64,000 bases of DNA from an uncultured Gammaproteobacteria bacterium (GTDB taxonomy: Bacteria; Patescibacteriota; Microgenomatia; Levybacterales; UBA12049), in NCBI GenBank assembly GCA_965230895.1, contig OZ246394.1:29723-93722 (forward strand), in the 5' to 3' direction. This document shows, piece by piece, positions 37,533-46,197 of the stretch. Below the pieces are notes generated by a model that was not told the DNA's origin, did no database searches, and worked only from the letters and a program-made list of their open reading frames with translations. The translations under genes and the position numbers were made by a program. Position 1 is the first letter of the stretch; every line of letters starts with the position of its first letter.

Positions 37533-38717
37533 ATGGCAATAAATAGAGAATTTGATGGGAGAACTCCAATCGGAGGAGCTGAAAGAACTTTTAGCTCGGG
37601 CGTGGAGGGTGCACCACCGCCAGTACAAAGAATTGTTTCTTTACCGCAAGATGGCGCTGTCCGTGGGCGTCAGGAGCGAGAAGGTTTTTCATTTACGACA
37701 GTTACTGTGGCAGATGCTCAAAATAAAACCTTATTTCGTGGCAAGATGGCACCTATTCAATGGCAAGAACCTCAGCATACTGCAGCAGTACACACAACGC
37801 ATCCTGAAATAATGGCTTCAGTCTTTGCTGAAGGTCCTGCTGCTTTTGACAAGCTTGATACAGATGGAGTGTTGCAAGTAACGTCTGCGGATAGTCATGT
37901 CTTGCGTAGTTTTTGGTACGACAGTGATCGGCAGCTCGTGACAGTAGCTCGCGGGGTAGTTTTTTTCAGAGAAAAGATGGCTGAAGAAGATGTTGCGCCA
38001 ATTGAATTACCGTCTCCTCCAAAAGGAAGTTCTAATTCTCCTATTGAGATGAGTTCTGCCGTGGAATTTGAATTTAAAGAATCACCCCTATATAGAAAAA
38101 ATCCAAGGATACAACAATCCTTTGCTACATTGGGATTTGATATGGACGAAGCTCGAAGAATATTTCCAACACCCAAGAGTTTTGCTGCAACGTTAGACCA
38201 GCTTCGAGAGGCTGATACTTCAGGTCTTTATTATCCTGAAGTATCACTATTGCCAGTAAGCCAGATTGATGCGAAGCCTTATCTTGAATCCTATGCAGCG
38301 GGGAAGCATCCTGTCGGTACTCATGGTTTTTATCATTACACACATGATACATCTTCTGATCACGCTGGGACGCTTATGACATTTGGCAAAAATATGATGG
38401 ATCTTATCCAAGGATATTCTCAAGTCATTTTGGAACGAAGAGGTGATACAGTAACATTTGCAGATACAGAACCTATAGATATGTTTACTGGTTTGGCGGG
38501 GCTTGAGGATTTAGATGATATAAATAACATAGTTCCTCATCGTATCGTGCGCGCTCTAGAGGATGCTGATCGTTTAAAATCCACGAAGATAGCTCAATGG
38601 ATGCATGCAAAGGGTATGATCCATCGTTGGGATGAGCTTACCCCAGAAGTCCTTTCTCAAGGGCTTCGCGCGGAAGCAAAAGCGAGATTACATGATTACA
38701 ATAATGGAAGAAGATGA
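37533..38717 (+). CDS. island leader-family protein, paralog of 28827-30128
   Basis: 'MAINREFDGRTPIGGAERTFSSGVEGAPPPVQRIVSLPQDG'; shared blocks with the 28827 gene. Confidence 0.6.
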   Translation: MAINREFDGRTPIGGAERTFSSGVEGAPPPVQRIVSLPQDGAVRGRQEREGFSFTTVTVADAQNKTLFRGKMAPIQWQEPQHTAAVHTTHPEIMASVFAEGPAAFDKLDTDGVLQVTSADSHVLRSFWYDSDRQLVTVARGVVFFREKMAEEDVAPIELPSPPKGSSNSPIEMSSAVEFEFKESPLYRKNPRIQQSFATLGFDMDEARRIFPTPKSFAATLDQLREADTSGLYYPEVSLLPVSQIDAKPYLESYAAGKHPVGTHGFYHYTHDTSSDHAGTLMTFGKNMMDLIQGYSQVILERRGDTVTFADTEPIDMFTGLAGLEDLDDINNIVPHRIVRALEDADRLKSTKIAQWMHAKGMIHRWDELTPEVLSQGLRAEAKARLHDYNNGRR

Positions 38718-38763
38718 GCTATCGGAGCTTTGTTTTCGAAGCAAGAATTGATATACTTAGTTC

Positions 38764-39672
38764 ATGAAAATTATTGTTACGCATACCTCTCCTGACTGGG
38801 ACGCAATTACTTCCGTTTGGCTTCTTAAGAAATATCTTGCTGGTTGGAATGATGCTGAAGTTCGATTCGTGCCAGCAGGGAATAGACTGTCCGGACAGCC
38901 AGATCCATCAACGACCAAACACAAAGGTGAAGATCCGATTGAACGAATTGGTGATGATGAGATTATCCACGTTGATACAGGACTTCTTCCATTAGACCAT
39001 CATCAGATTCAAGACACAAATGTCTCTGCAGCATCTCTTGTATGGGATTATGTTCGTGAGCAAATTGCTCACGCAGGACATCTCACTTCAGAGCACGAAG
39101 AAGCTGTCTCTCGAATTGTCAAAATTGTTGTTGCTACTGATCACTTCAAAGAAGTTTTCTGGCCAGATGCTGCAGCCGATCGGTATGAATTTGCTTTTCT
39201 AGGACTGCTTGATGGCATGAAACTTGTAAAACCAAATCAAGATGTAGTCTATCTTGAATTTGGTATTACATGCCTGAATGCTATGACCGCACAATTTGAA
39301 AATCGCATCTGGGCGGAGCGAGAGATTGAACAAAAAGGAATAAAATTCGATACTCGATATGGCCAAGGGATCGGATTTGAAACAATTAATGATACTGTCT
39401 TGAAGTTGGCTCAAAAGATGGGATTTAAAGTGGTTATCCGTAAGGATCCTCGAAAGGGTTATGTCCGTATAAAGACACTTCCAGGAACGGAAAAAGATAA
39501 AGGTGCAGATTTGACCCTCGCTTATGAACAATTACGTAAAATTGATCCAGATGCTACATGGTTTTTACATATTTCCAAGAAAATGTTATTGAATGGTTCT
39601 CCAAAGAATCCCAAAATGCGTCCAACGAAATTAAGCTTGAAAGAGATTATTAAAGTGGTGGAGAGGGTTTAA
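38764..39672 (+). CDS. DHH-family phosphoesterase (NrnA-like)
   Basis: 'TSPDWDAITS' (DxD) and 'LLPLDHHQ' (DHH) motifs; 302 aa. Confidence 0.8.
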   Translation: MKIIVTHTSPDWDAITSVWLLKKYLAGWNDAEVRFVPAGNRLSGQPDPSTTKHKGEDPIERIGDDEIIHVDTGLLPLDHHQIQDTNVSAASLVWDYVREQIAHAGHLTSEHEEAVSRIVKIVVATDHFKEVFWPDAAADRYEFAFLGLLDGMKLVKPNQDVVYLEFGITCLNAMTAQFENRIWAEREIEQKGIKFDTRYGQGIGFETINDTVLKLAQKMGFKVVIRKDPRKGYVRIKTLPGTEKDKGADLTLAYEQLRKIDPDATWFLHISKKMLLNGSPKNPKMRPTKLSLKEIIKVVERV

Positions 39673-39748
39673 ATGTTAGTGTCATCCTGAACTTGTTTCA
39701 GGATCTCTAATTAAAGATGCTGAAATAAATTCAGCATGACAAATTCAT
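39671..39748. repeat. double-hairpin intergenic repeat element, copy 2 (inverted relative to copy 1)
   Basis: Reverse complement aligns to 3204-3290 with one roughly 13-bp indel; hairpins ATCCTGAActtgtTTCAGGAT and GCTGAAataaaTTCAGC. Confidence 0.5.
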
Positions 39749-40159
39749 ATGTCTGATTGTTTATTTTGCAAAATAATAGCTGGTGAAATTCCATCATTAA
39801 AAGTGTATGAGGATGATGCGACGTTGTCTTTCATGGAATTAACCCCTTCAGCTCCTGGTCATGTTATGGTAATTCTCAAAAAGCATGGGAATAATGTCTT
39901 GGAATATAATCAAGATGATCTCGGACAAGCAATGGCTTCAGTGCAAAAGGTTGTAAGGAAGATTGAGGCAAGCTTACATCCAGATTCGATTACCATTGGA
40001 ATTAACCATAAAGAAAAACGTGGTGTACCGCACATGCATATTCATCTCATCCCACGCTGGGAAAATGACAAAGGTCATGTCATACAAGGCGTGGTGAAAA
40101 ACACTCCAGAAGAGAGTAGAGAAGCGATTGCTGAAAAAATCCGCAATGCCTCTGTTTAA
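39749..40159 (+). CDS. HIT-family (histidine triad) protein
   Basis: 'HMHIHLIP' HxHxHxx motif; 136 aa. Confidence 0.85.
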   Translation: MSDCLFCKIIAGEIPSLKVYEDDATLSFMELTPSAPGHVMVILKKHGNNVLEYNQDDLGQAMASVQKVVRKIEASLHPDSITIGINHKEKRGVPHMHIHLIPRWENDKGHVIQGVVKNTPEESREAIAEKIRNASV

Positions 40160-41217
40160 GAAGCTTGAAATACCGTTTGATCCTTACCAACCCTTACTAA
40201 CCTTTTTTGTTCTGCAAGATGGAAGAATCTCATAGCTGTACCAATATCCTGAGCAGGTTCTTCAAATAATCCACTATGTCGACTCTCTATAATGGCAATT
40301 TCATCAAACTGACGGTAAACCTCACTCTCTGGATACAGTTCTTCTTGTACCCGTTCAACCGGAACCAGTGGATCCTTCTTACCGAAAATAGCATATGTAC
40401 TTATGCCCATTTCATTTATGACAGGGAGCATTGAGGAAAGCTGGATATTTGCTGCACCACCGCTTTCATGCCATGTTTGTATTGGTCTTCGCAAAGTGTG
40501 TCTGATTGAATAAAGATTTTCGGCAACGGTTCGATTTGAAAGAGATAGTTTTAGATAATCTGCTCGAGACATCTCTCCCATCATCCCTGCAGCGGCATAT
40601 CCTGTGTATGAAATACATTGCTCCTTCATTGCTCCAGCAACATATGCCCCTACTGCGCCTCCCATAGAGTGTCCGAAAACATGGAATCCTTGGATAGCTT
40701 CTATCTCCATAACATCATTGATAGATTGGATATTGGCGAGAGCTTTTTGCGTAATCACTGCAGGACTTACTTTGTGATGCAGCAAATCTTTCTTTTTACC
40801 AAAACTGTATACGCTCAGAACAGGCCACCCATTTTCAACTAAATGCCGCATAAATTCCTTTGCATCACCAGGTTCTTCGTGAACTCCAGTGATCACAGCA
40901 ACGAGAGGTTTCGTGGTTGGGTCTTCAGGGTTGGCAAAAGCGTAGCGTAATCCTTCAGGGAACTCAGGAGTAGTTACAATGCGAGGAGTATCAAATTGGA
41001 TGTCAAATGGAGTAGGCTCTGTAACTTCAGCACGAGCCCAGCGAGAGGTAAACATTCCAAATCTTTCTTTAGTTCGGTCGACGAATCCTGCGGTTTTATT
41101 TTTCACACCCTCGGCAACTTCTTTTGAAGTGATTTGCTTGGGAGCTGCAAATGCCTCAGCACTCATAATTTTAGTATAAGGATGAGTTTGGGGTTCTGCA
41201 AGACATATTTCAGACAA
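40156..41217 (-). CDS. alpha/beta-fold hydrolase
   Basis: 'HVFGHSMGGAVG' nucleophile elbow (GxSxG); 353 aa. Confidence 0.7.
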   Translation of the reverse strand: MSEICLAEPQTHPYTKIMSAEAFAAPKQITSKEVAEGVKNKTAGFVDRTKERFGMFTSRWARAEVTEPTPFDIQFDTPRIVTTPEFPEGLRYAFANPEDPTTKPLVAVITGVHEEPGDAKEFMRHLVENGWPVLSVYSFGKKKDLLHHKVSPAVITQKALANIQSINDVMEIEAIQGFHVFGHSMGGAVGAYVAGAMKEQCISYTGYAAAGMMGEMSRADYLKLSLSNRTVAENLYSIRHTLRRPIQTWHESGGAANIQLSSMLPVINEMGISTYAIFGKKDPLVPVERVQEELYPESEVYRQFDEIAIIESRHSGLFEEPAQDIGTAMRFFHLAEQKRLVRVGKDQTVFQAS

Positions 41218-41331
41218 ATGGACAATAATTTTGCGAAAGAGTTTTTGCTGTAGAGATTTACTTATTTACACTTTTAGAGTAAAATACATACTAGAAATAA
41301 TTTCTAATATTGAGGGGGTGTTTTTTCCTTT

Positions 41332-41520
41332 ATGGTTTTTGTTAAAAAGTTACCAGGACAATCAGATGATCAAATCATCCGAAACTTTTCTAAAAAAGTT
41401 ATGGATGCAGGTATCGTGCAAGAGGCAAAGCGACGCAAGTTCTACCTCAAACCTTCACTTGCAAAAAAGCTTAAGAAGAAGCTTAAGCAAGAAGAAGCTG
41501 CTCGTATCAAGCTAACATAA
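41332..41520 (+). CDS. rpsU: 30S ribosomal protein S21
   Basis: 62 aa basic protein; 'EAKRRKFYLKPS' matches the S21 core. Confidence 0.7.
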   Translation: MVFVKKLPGQSDDQIIRNFSKKVMDAGIVQEAKRRKFYLKPSLAKKLKKKLKQEEAARIKLT

Positions 41521-41912
41521 TGAGTAAACCCAAAGTTTTAATTTACGTAGAAAGCAGATATAAAGTCAATCGAAAGAGAATGAAAGCTGCAGTTGCTCAC
41601 GTGCTCGAAGAGCAAAATGTCCAAAGTCAGATCGAAGTTTCCATTGCTATTGTTGGTGATCGGAAAATGAAGGCTTTGAACAAGCAATATCGTGACAAAG
41701 ATAAAACTGCGAATATTTTATCATTCCCAATTTCAGAAGGCGGAGAATCTGTTTTGCCACCGGATTCTGATGTGACTCGCTTGGGGGATATCATTATTTC
41801 ATATCCTGAATTAATCCGAGAGGCTGCTGAAGAAGAAATGCTTGTAGATGATCGTGTTGATATGCTTGTCGAACACGGCATGCTCCATTTGCTCGGGATC
41901 CACCATCAATAA
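41520..41912 (+). CDS. ybeY: rRNA maturation endoribonuclease YbeY
   Basis: 'HGMLHLLGIHH' zinc-binding H..H.....H motif; 130 aa. Confidence 0.85.
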   Translation: MSKPKVLIYVESRYKVNRKRMKAAVAHVLEEQNVQSQIEVSIAIVGDRKMKALNKQYRDKDKTANILSFPISEGGESVLPPDSDVTRLGDIIISYPELIREAAEEEMLVDDRVDMLVEHGMLHLLGIHHQ

Positions 41913-41921
41913 ATGAGCTGG

Positions 41922-41952
41922 ATTCCCGCCTTCGCGGGAATGACAGTTTTGT
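41922..41952 (+). terminator. putative intrinsic terminator after ybeY
   Basis: ATTCCCGCcttcGCGGGAAT stem-loop followed by 'gacagtttt'. Confidence 0.4.
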
Positions 41953-41982
41953 GCTATTATGGATTCTACTATTTAGCTTCCT

Positions 41983-43488
41983 ATGGTTTACTACAGAAAA
42001 TATCGTCCACAAACAATCCATGATCTTGATAGTGCAGCAGTCCGTGAAACCTTAACATCAGTTCTCAAAAAAAGTGTTCCACATGCATTTCTTTTCACTG
42101 GGCCAAAAGGTTTGGGCAAAACTTCAACTGCGCGTATCCTTGCGAAAGCCGTAAACTGTACTGGCAAAAAAGATGGTGAAGTAGAGCCATGTAATACCTG
42201 TGAGCAATGTCTTTCGATAACCAATGGAACAAGCATTGATATCCTCGAAATTGATGCTGCGTCTAATCGTGGTATCGATGAGATTCGTGATTTGAAAGAA
42301 AAGATTCGATTGACACCAGTCTCTTCATTGAAAAAAGTCTATATCATTGATGAAGTCCATATGCTTACGACTGAAGCATTTAATGCGCTTCTTAAAACCC
42401 TTGAAGAACCGCCTGAGCATGCGATGTTCGTCCTTTGTACTACAGAACCGCATAAAGTACCATCAACGATCCTCTCACGCTGTTTCCATATAGCATTTGC
42501 TTTGGCAACACCGGAGGAATTAGTGCGCTCATTTAAGAGAATTATTACGAGCGAGAAAGCTGAAGTTGATGACAATTCACTTTTGATGATTGCCAAGTTG
42601 GCTGCTGGTGGATTCCGTGATGGAGCAAAGATGCTTGAAGAGATGGTGACATTGGCGCAAGGGAAAAAGATAACACCGGATTTTATTGAAGAGAAATATA
42701 AAGTTTCAAATATCTCTGTACAAGTTTCGGATTTACTACAGAGTTTGTCAGCAAAAGATGTCCAAAAAGGACTACAAATTGTTGCTGCATTAACCCAACA
42801 AGGGATCGATATGAAGCATTTTATCCAAAAGCTGATGGAAGCGTTGCACGAAGATATGCTTACACAAATCCAGGGAAAAGGGAAAGAATCAGTTTTCTCA
42901 CTTGATGAGATTAAAATATTATTTGCGCTTCTTGCTCGAGCGAATGGTGAGATGAAGTATGCAGTCTTGCCTCAATTGCCGTTAGAATTAGTCATTTTAG
43001 AATGGTGCGCAGGTACGGCAAATGCTTCTCCTTTAGTTGCGGGAGAAAATATTGAATCTGCTCCAATGGCTGTCGTGGTTGAAGATATCACAGTCAAAAC
43101 GCTTCGCAAGCAAGTCGGGGATATGAAGCGTAAAGAGGCGCTTTATGGAGCACCGAAAAAAGATCAAAATGCGGACGCAGATAAAGTAGTTATTGAAACA
43201 ACTACAGTTGAGTTGATGAAAACCGCAGGCAATGAAGTTACCAAAGATTGGCTTGATCTTTTCTGGAAGAATCTGATCAATGAGATGAAGAAACACAACC
43301 ATACCGTTGCTGGTTTGCTTCGAGGTTGTACAATTAAAAGCTTTTCAAAAGAGCATTTGGTAATTGAAGCTGGATACAAATTTCATAAGGAACGGTTGGA
43401 TGATACTAAGAATAGAGAATCCTTACTCAAGATTGCCAAAGCTTTGACTGGTAATGATATGGAAATTGAGGTAGAATTGAAGAAATAA
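41983..43488 (+). CDS. dnaX: DNA polymerase III subunit tau/gamma
   Basis: 'FTGPKGLGKTSTARILAKAVNC', Zn-finger CxxC, 'IDEVHML' Walker B; 501 aa. Confidence 0.9.
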   Translation: MVYYRKYRPQTIHDLDSAAVRETLTSVLKKSVPHAFLFTGPKGLGKTSTARILAKAVNCTGKKDGEVEPCNTCEQCLSITNGTSIDILEIDAASNRGIDEIRDLKEKIRLTPVSSLKKVYIIDEVHMLTTEAFNALLKTLEEPPEHAMFVLCTTEPHKVPSTILSRCFHIAFALATPEELVRSFKRIITSEKAEVDDNSLLMIAKLAAGGFRDGAKMLEEMVTLAQGKKITPDFIEEKYKVSNISVQVSDLLQSLSAKDVQKGLQIVAALTQQGIDMKHFIQKLMEALHEDMLTQIQGKGKESVFSLDEIKILFALLARANGEMKYAVLPQLPLELVILEWCAGTANASPLVAGENIESAPMAVVVEDITVKTLRKQVGDMKRKEALYGAPKKDQNADADKVVIETTTVELMKTAGNEVTKDWLDLFWKNLINEMKKHNHTVAGLLRGCTIKSFSKEHLVIEAGYKFHKERLDDTKNRESLLKIAKALTGNDMEIEVELKK

Positions 43489-43501
43489 ATAGAGGAGGTG
43501 A

Positions 43502-43804
43502 TTGATTATGGCATTTAATCCATTTGGACAATTAGGTGAATTAAAGAAAATGCGTGACCAGGCTATGGCTATGCAGCGTGAACTCAAAGCTCAAGAAGTT
43601 GAAGTCAACAAAAAGGGTGTTTACGTTCGTATCAGTGGTGACCAGGAAATCCGCGAAATCAAAAGTAACGGTAAATCAGATAATGATATTAGAGAAGCTG
43701 TGAACGAAGCTGTTAAGAAATCACAAGAAGTAGCTGCAAAGAAACTTCAAGAGATGACTGGCGGTATGGGTGGACTTGGTAGTCTCCTCGGCGGCGGTAA
43801 ATAA
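43502..43804 (+). CDS. ybaB: nucleoid-associated protein YbaB/EbfC
   Basis: 100 aa; conserved dnaX-ybaB-recR neighbourhood; SD 'ggaggtg'. Confidence 0.8.
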   Translation: MIMAFNPFGQLGELKKMRDQAMAMQRELKAQEVEVNKKGVYVRISGDQEIREIKSNGKSDNDIREAVNEAVKKSQEVAAKKLQEMTGGMGGLGSLLGGGK

Positions 43805-43816
43805 TATTCCTAATCT

Positions 43817-44776
43817 ATGGCAAATCTCACAATTGATGAACCAATCTTATTGACTGGAACTTCACATGTTGGGTTAGCGCGCGATATAGCAAAGATTTTG
43901 AAGCTCGATCTACATGAGCCAATTTCTATATTCTCTGATGGAGAGATCAGAGTTCGTGTCACTCCAAACATGCGTCGTCGCCATGTCTTTATCATCCAAC
44001 CAACAGCACCAAACGTGAACGATAGTATCATGGAAGTGCTGTTCATGATTGATGCTGCAAAGCGTGCTTCTGCATCAGAAATTTCGGTTATTATCCCTTA
44101 TTTCTCATATTCACGACAGGATCGGAAAGAGATGCCGAGGGTCCCTATCAGTTCATCAGTTGTTGCTCAAATGATAGAGAACACAGGTGCTTCAAGAATT
44201 GTCACTGTCGATATCCATTCAGAGCAGCAACAAGGTTTTGTCCAAATCCCATGGGATAATTTGTATGGAAGTTATGCATTGCTTCCATTTATCAAATCAA
44301 AGAACTTAAACGATATGGTGGTTGCATCTCCTGACAAAGGTGGGTTGCTCAGAGCGACAAGCTATGCAAAAATGCTTGAAGCATCAGCTGTAGCGCTCGT
44401 TTACAAACAACGTGATGTGACACTCAACAATCAATCAAAAGCCTTGGCAATGATTGGTGATGTTAAAGATAAGCATGTAATTCTTGTCGACGACATGCTT
44501 GATACAGGAGGGACAATTGTTCATGCGGCTGACTTTCTTAAGAAAGAAGGAGCCAAAAGTATTCGTGTCGCAGTAACTCATGGACTTTTTTCAGGTGACG
44601 CAATGAAGAATATCACGAGTTCTGCAATCGATGAAGTGATCATTACAGATACTTTGGCGTTGCGAGCAGATGTCTCCAAAAATCCAAAAGTAAAAGTAGC
44701 GACAGTTGCTCCATTGATCGCTGAAGCAATAAAACGTCTTCGTACTGGCGAGTCAATTAGTAGTCTTATCTTTTAA
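43817..44776 (+). CDS. prs: ribose-phosphate pyrophosphokinase
   Basis: 'IIPYFSYSRQDRK', 'VDIHSEQQQGF', PRPP-binding 'VLVDDMLDTGGT'. Confidence 0.9.
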   Translation: MANLTIDEPILLTGTSHVGLARDIAKILKLDLHEPISIFSDGEIRVRVTPNMRRRHVFIIQPTAPNVNDSIMEVLFMIDAAKRASASEISVIIPYFSYSRQDRKEMPRVPISSSVVAQMIENTGASRIVTVDIHSEQQQGFVQIPWDNLYGSYALLPFIKSKNLNDMVVASPDKGGLLRATSYAKMLEASAVALVYKQRDVTLNNQSKALAMIGDVKDKHVILVDDMLDTGGTIVHAADFLKKEGAKSIRVAVTHGLFSGDAMKNITSSAIDEVIITDTLALRADVSKNPKVKVATVAPLIAEAIKRLRTGESISSLIF

Positions 44777-44778
44777 TT

Positions 44779-45384
44779 ATGAAAATTCCAAAAGCAATTC
44801 AACAAGTTGTTGAGAGTTTTGAACGGTTGCCGGGCATTGGTCCAAAGACTGCAGAACGTCTCACGTTCTATCTTTTACATGTTCCTCAGGGTGAGCTCGA
44901 TCGTTTTGCGAGATCAGTCCAAAACCTTCGAATTGGGACAGTTACTTGCTCGATATGTTTCAATGTCGGTGAGACTGATCCATGCGATGTTTGCTCAGAT
45001 CCACATCGTGATAAGTCTGTTGTCTGTGTTGTTGAACAACCCTTGGATGTGATTGCTTTGGAGAAGAGTAGGAAGTTTAAAGGACTTTATCATGTGCTTC
45101 ATGGAAAGATTGATCCGCTTAACAATATCGGTCCCGATGAACTGCGTATCCATGAATTAGTCGCTCGTATACAAAAATCTGATGAAATTACTGAAGTTAT
45201 TTTAGCAACCAATCCAACAATGGAAGGTGAGGCGACTGCCATGTATATGGCAAAGCAGCTCAAGTCTTTAAATCCTGATGTGAAGATTTCCAGAATTGGA
45301 CGAGGACTTCCGATTGGATCAGATATTGAATACGCAGACCCAACCACTCTCGAACGTGCCATGGAAGGCCGCAGTGAGTATTAA
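44779..45384 (+). CDS. recR: recombination protein RecR
   Basis: HhH 'LPGIGPKTAERL', C4 zinc finger 'CSICFNV...CDVC', Toprim. Confidence 0.9.
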   Translation: MKIPKAIQQVVESFERLPGIGPKTAERLTFYLLHVPQGELDRFARSVQNLRIGTVTCSICFNVGETDPCDVCSDPHRDKSVVCVVEQPLDVIALEKSRKFKGLYHVLHGKIDPLNNIGPDELRIHELVARIQKSDEITEVILATNPTMEGEATAMYMAKQLKSLNPDVKISRIGRGLPIGSDIEYADPTTLERAMEGRSEY

Positions 45385-45419
45385 TTTGTTTCTTGATCTA
45401 TTTATAGTATTATAAAGAT

Positions 45420-46010
45420 ATGGGATTTAATCCATTTCATTCCAACTCAGAAGGTTCCAGTTTTGAAGAAGGTAATCCAATTAATGCTGGACTCAAAAAG
45501 AAAGCTCAAGATGCGGGCAATCAAGCTTCACAACAAGCAAAGGCTACCAATCAAACCTTTGTTGACCAACTCTATGGGAACGTCTCTTCCTCAGATTCGC
45601 CAGAGAAATTAGATCCCGGTGCAGATCCTGCCCAAGCAGCAGCACAAATCCAAAAAGCAGCCAGTCCAAGTGGCCCGATGCCAGCTGTAAACCCTGGAGA
45701 GCAATCAAAGCTTGATGAGACAAGACAAAAGTTATTGGAATTACAAAAGCAGCATAAAGAGACTTATTTTGGTGCAACATTCGGTGAGGAAGCGCAACAA
45801 AAGCGAAGAGAGCGTGAAGAAGAAGAGAGACAACTGAAGGAGCAGGAAGAAGAAGAGCGATTACAACAAGAGGAAGAAGAAAAAGCACGACTTGCAGAGT
45901 CTTTGCAATCATTTCAATCTCATGGCAAAGGTCCGGATAATTTGGGAGCTCCAGTAGCAGTTACGCAAGCAAAGACTCGAACAGAAATTAATCGCGGAAC
46001 AAGCGGCTAA
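45420..46010 (+). CDS. hypothetical Q/E-rich coiled-coil protein
   Basis: 196 aa, low complexity (EEEERQLKEQEEEERLQQEEEEK). Confidence 0.4.
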   Translation: MGFNPFHSNSEGSSFEEGNPINAGLKKKAQDAGNQASQQAKATNQTFVDQLYGNVSSSDSPEKLDPGADPAQAAAQIQKAASPSGPMPAVNPGEQSKLDETRQKLLELQKQHKETYFGATFGEEAQQKRREREEEERQLKEQEEEERLQQEEEEKARLAESLQSFQSHGKGPDNLGAPVAVTQAKTRTEINRGTSG

Positions 46011-46160
46011 CCCAGCCTTTTCCTATATTGACAAGCTTTTAGGAAATGATACACTCAACTTAATATATGGAATCCATCACAATTCATTCTCTCATTTGCA
46101 TTACAAATCTTCCACCAGGAAGGGTTTTATAGTGCAATGTAAATCAAGTTGTCTATAATA

Positions 46161-46186
46161 CCCTCCTAAATATGGAGGGTTTTTTG
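46161..46186 (+). terminator. intrinsic terminator
   Basis: CCCTCCtaaatatGGAGGG hairpin followed by TTTTTT. Confidence 0.6.
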
Positions 46187-46197
46187 TAAGAAGAATT

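Noticed and set aside
10087-38717. Leader as a Sec or Tat signal peptide
   Set aside because: There is no hydrophobic h-region after the basic residues. The RR is not in an S-R-R-x-F-L-K context. The proteins are uniformly acidic and hydrophilic.
10087-38717. Island as a classical prophage or ICE
   Set aside because: No integrase, recombinase, transposase, terminase, capsid or relaxase signatures were recognisable by eye. Only the FtsK/HerA-like ATPase and the DHH 5' duplication hint at mobility.
46151-46197. 'tataat' followed immediately by a hairpin+T6 as a riboswitch or attenuator for the 46198 gene
   Set aside because: It is more parsimoniously the intrinsic terminator of the upstream gene. 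There are no alternative pairing elements and no conserved aptamer-like sequence.
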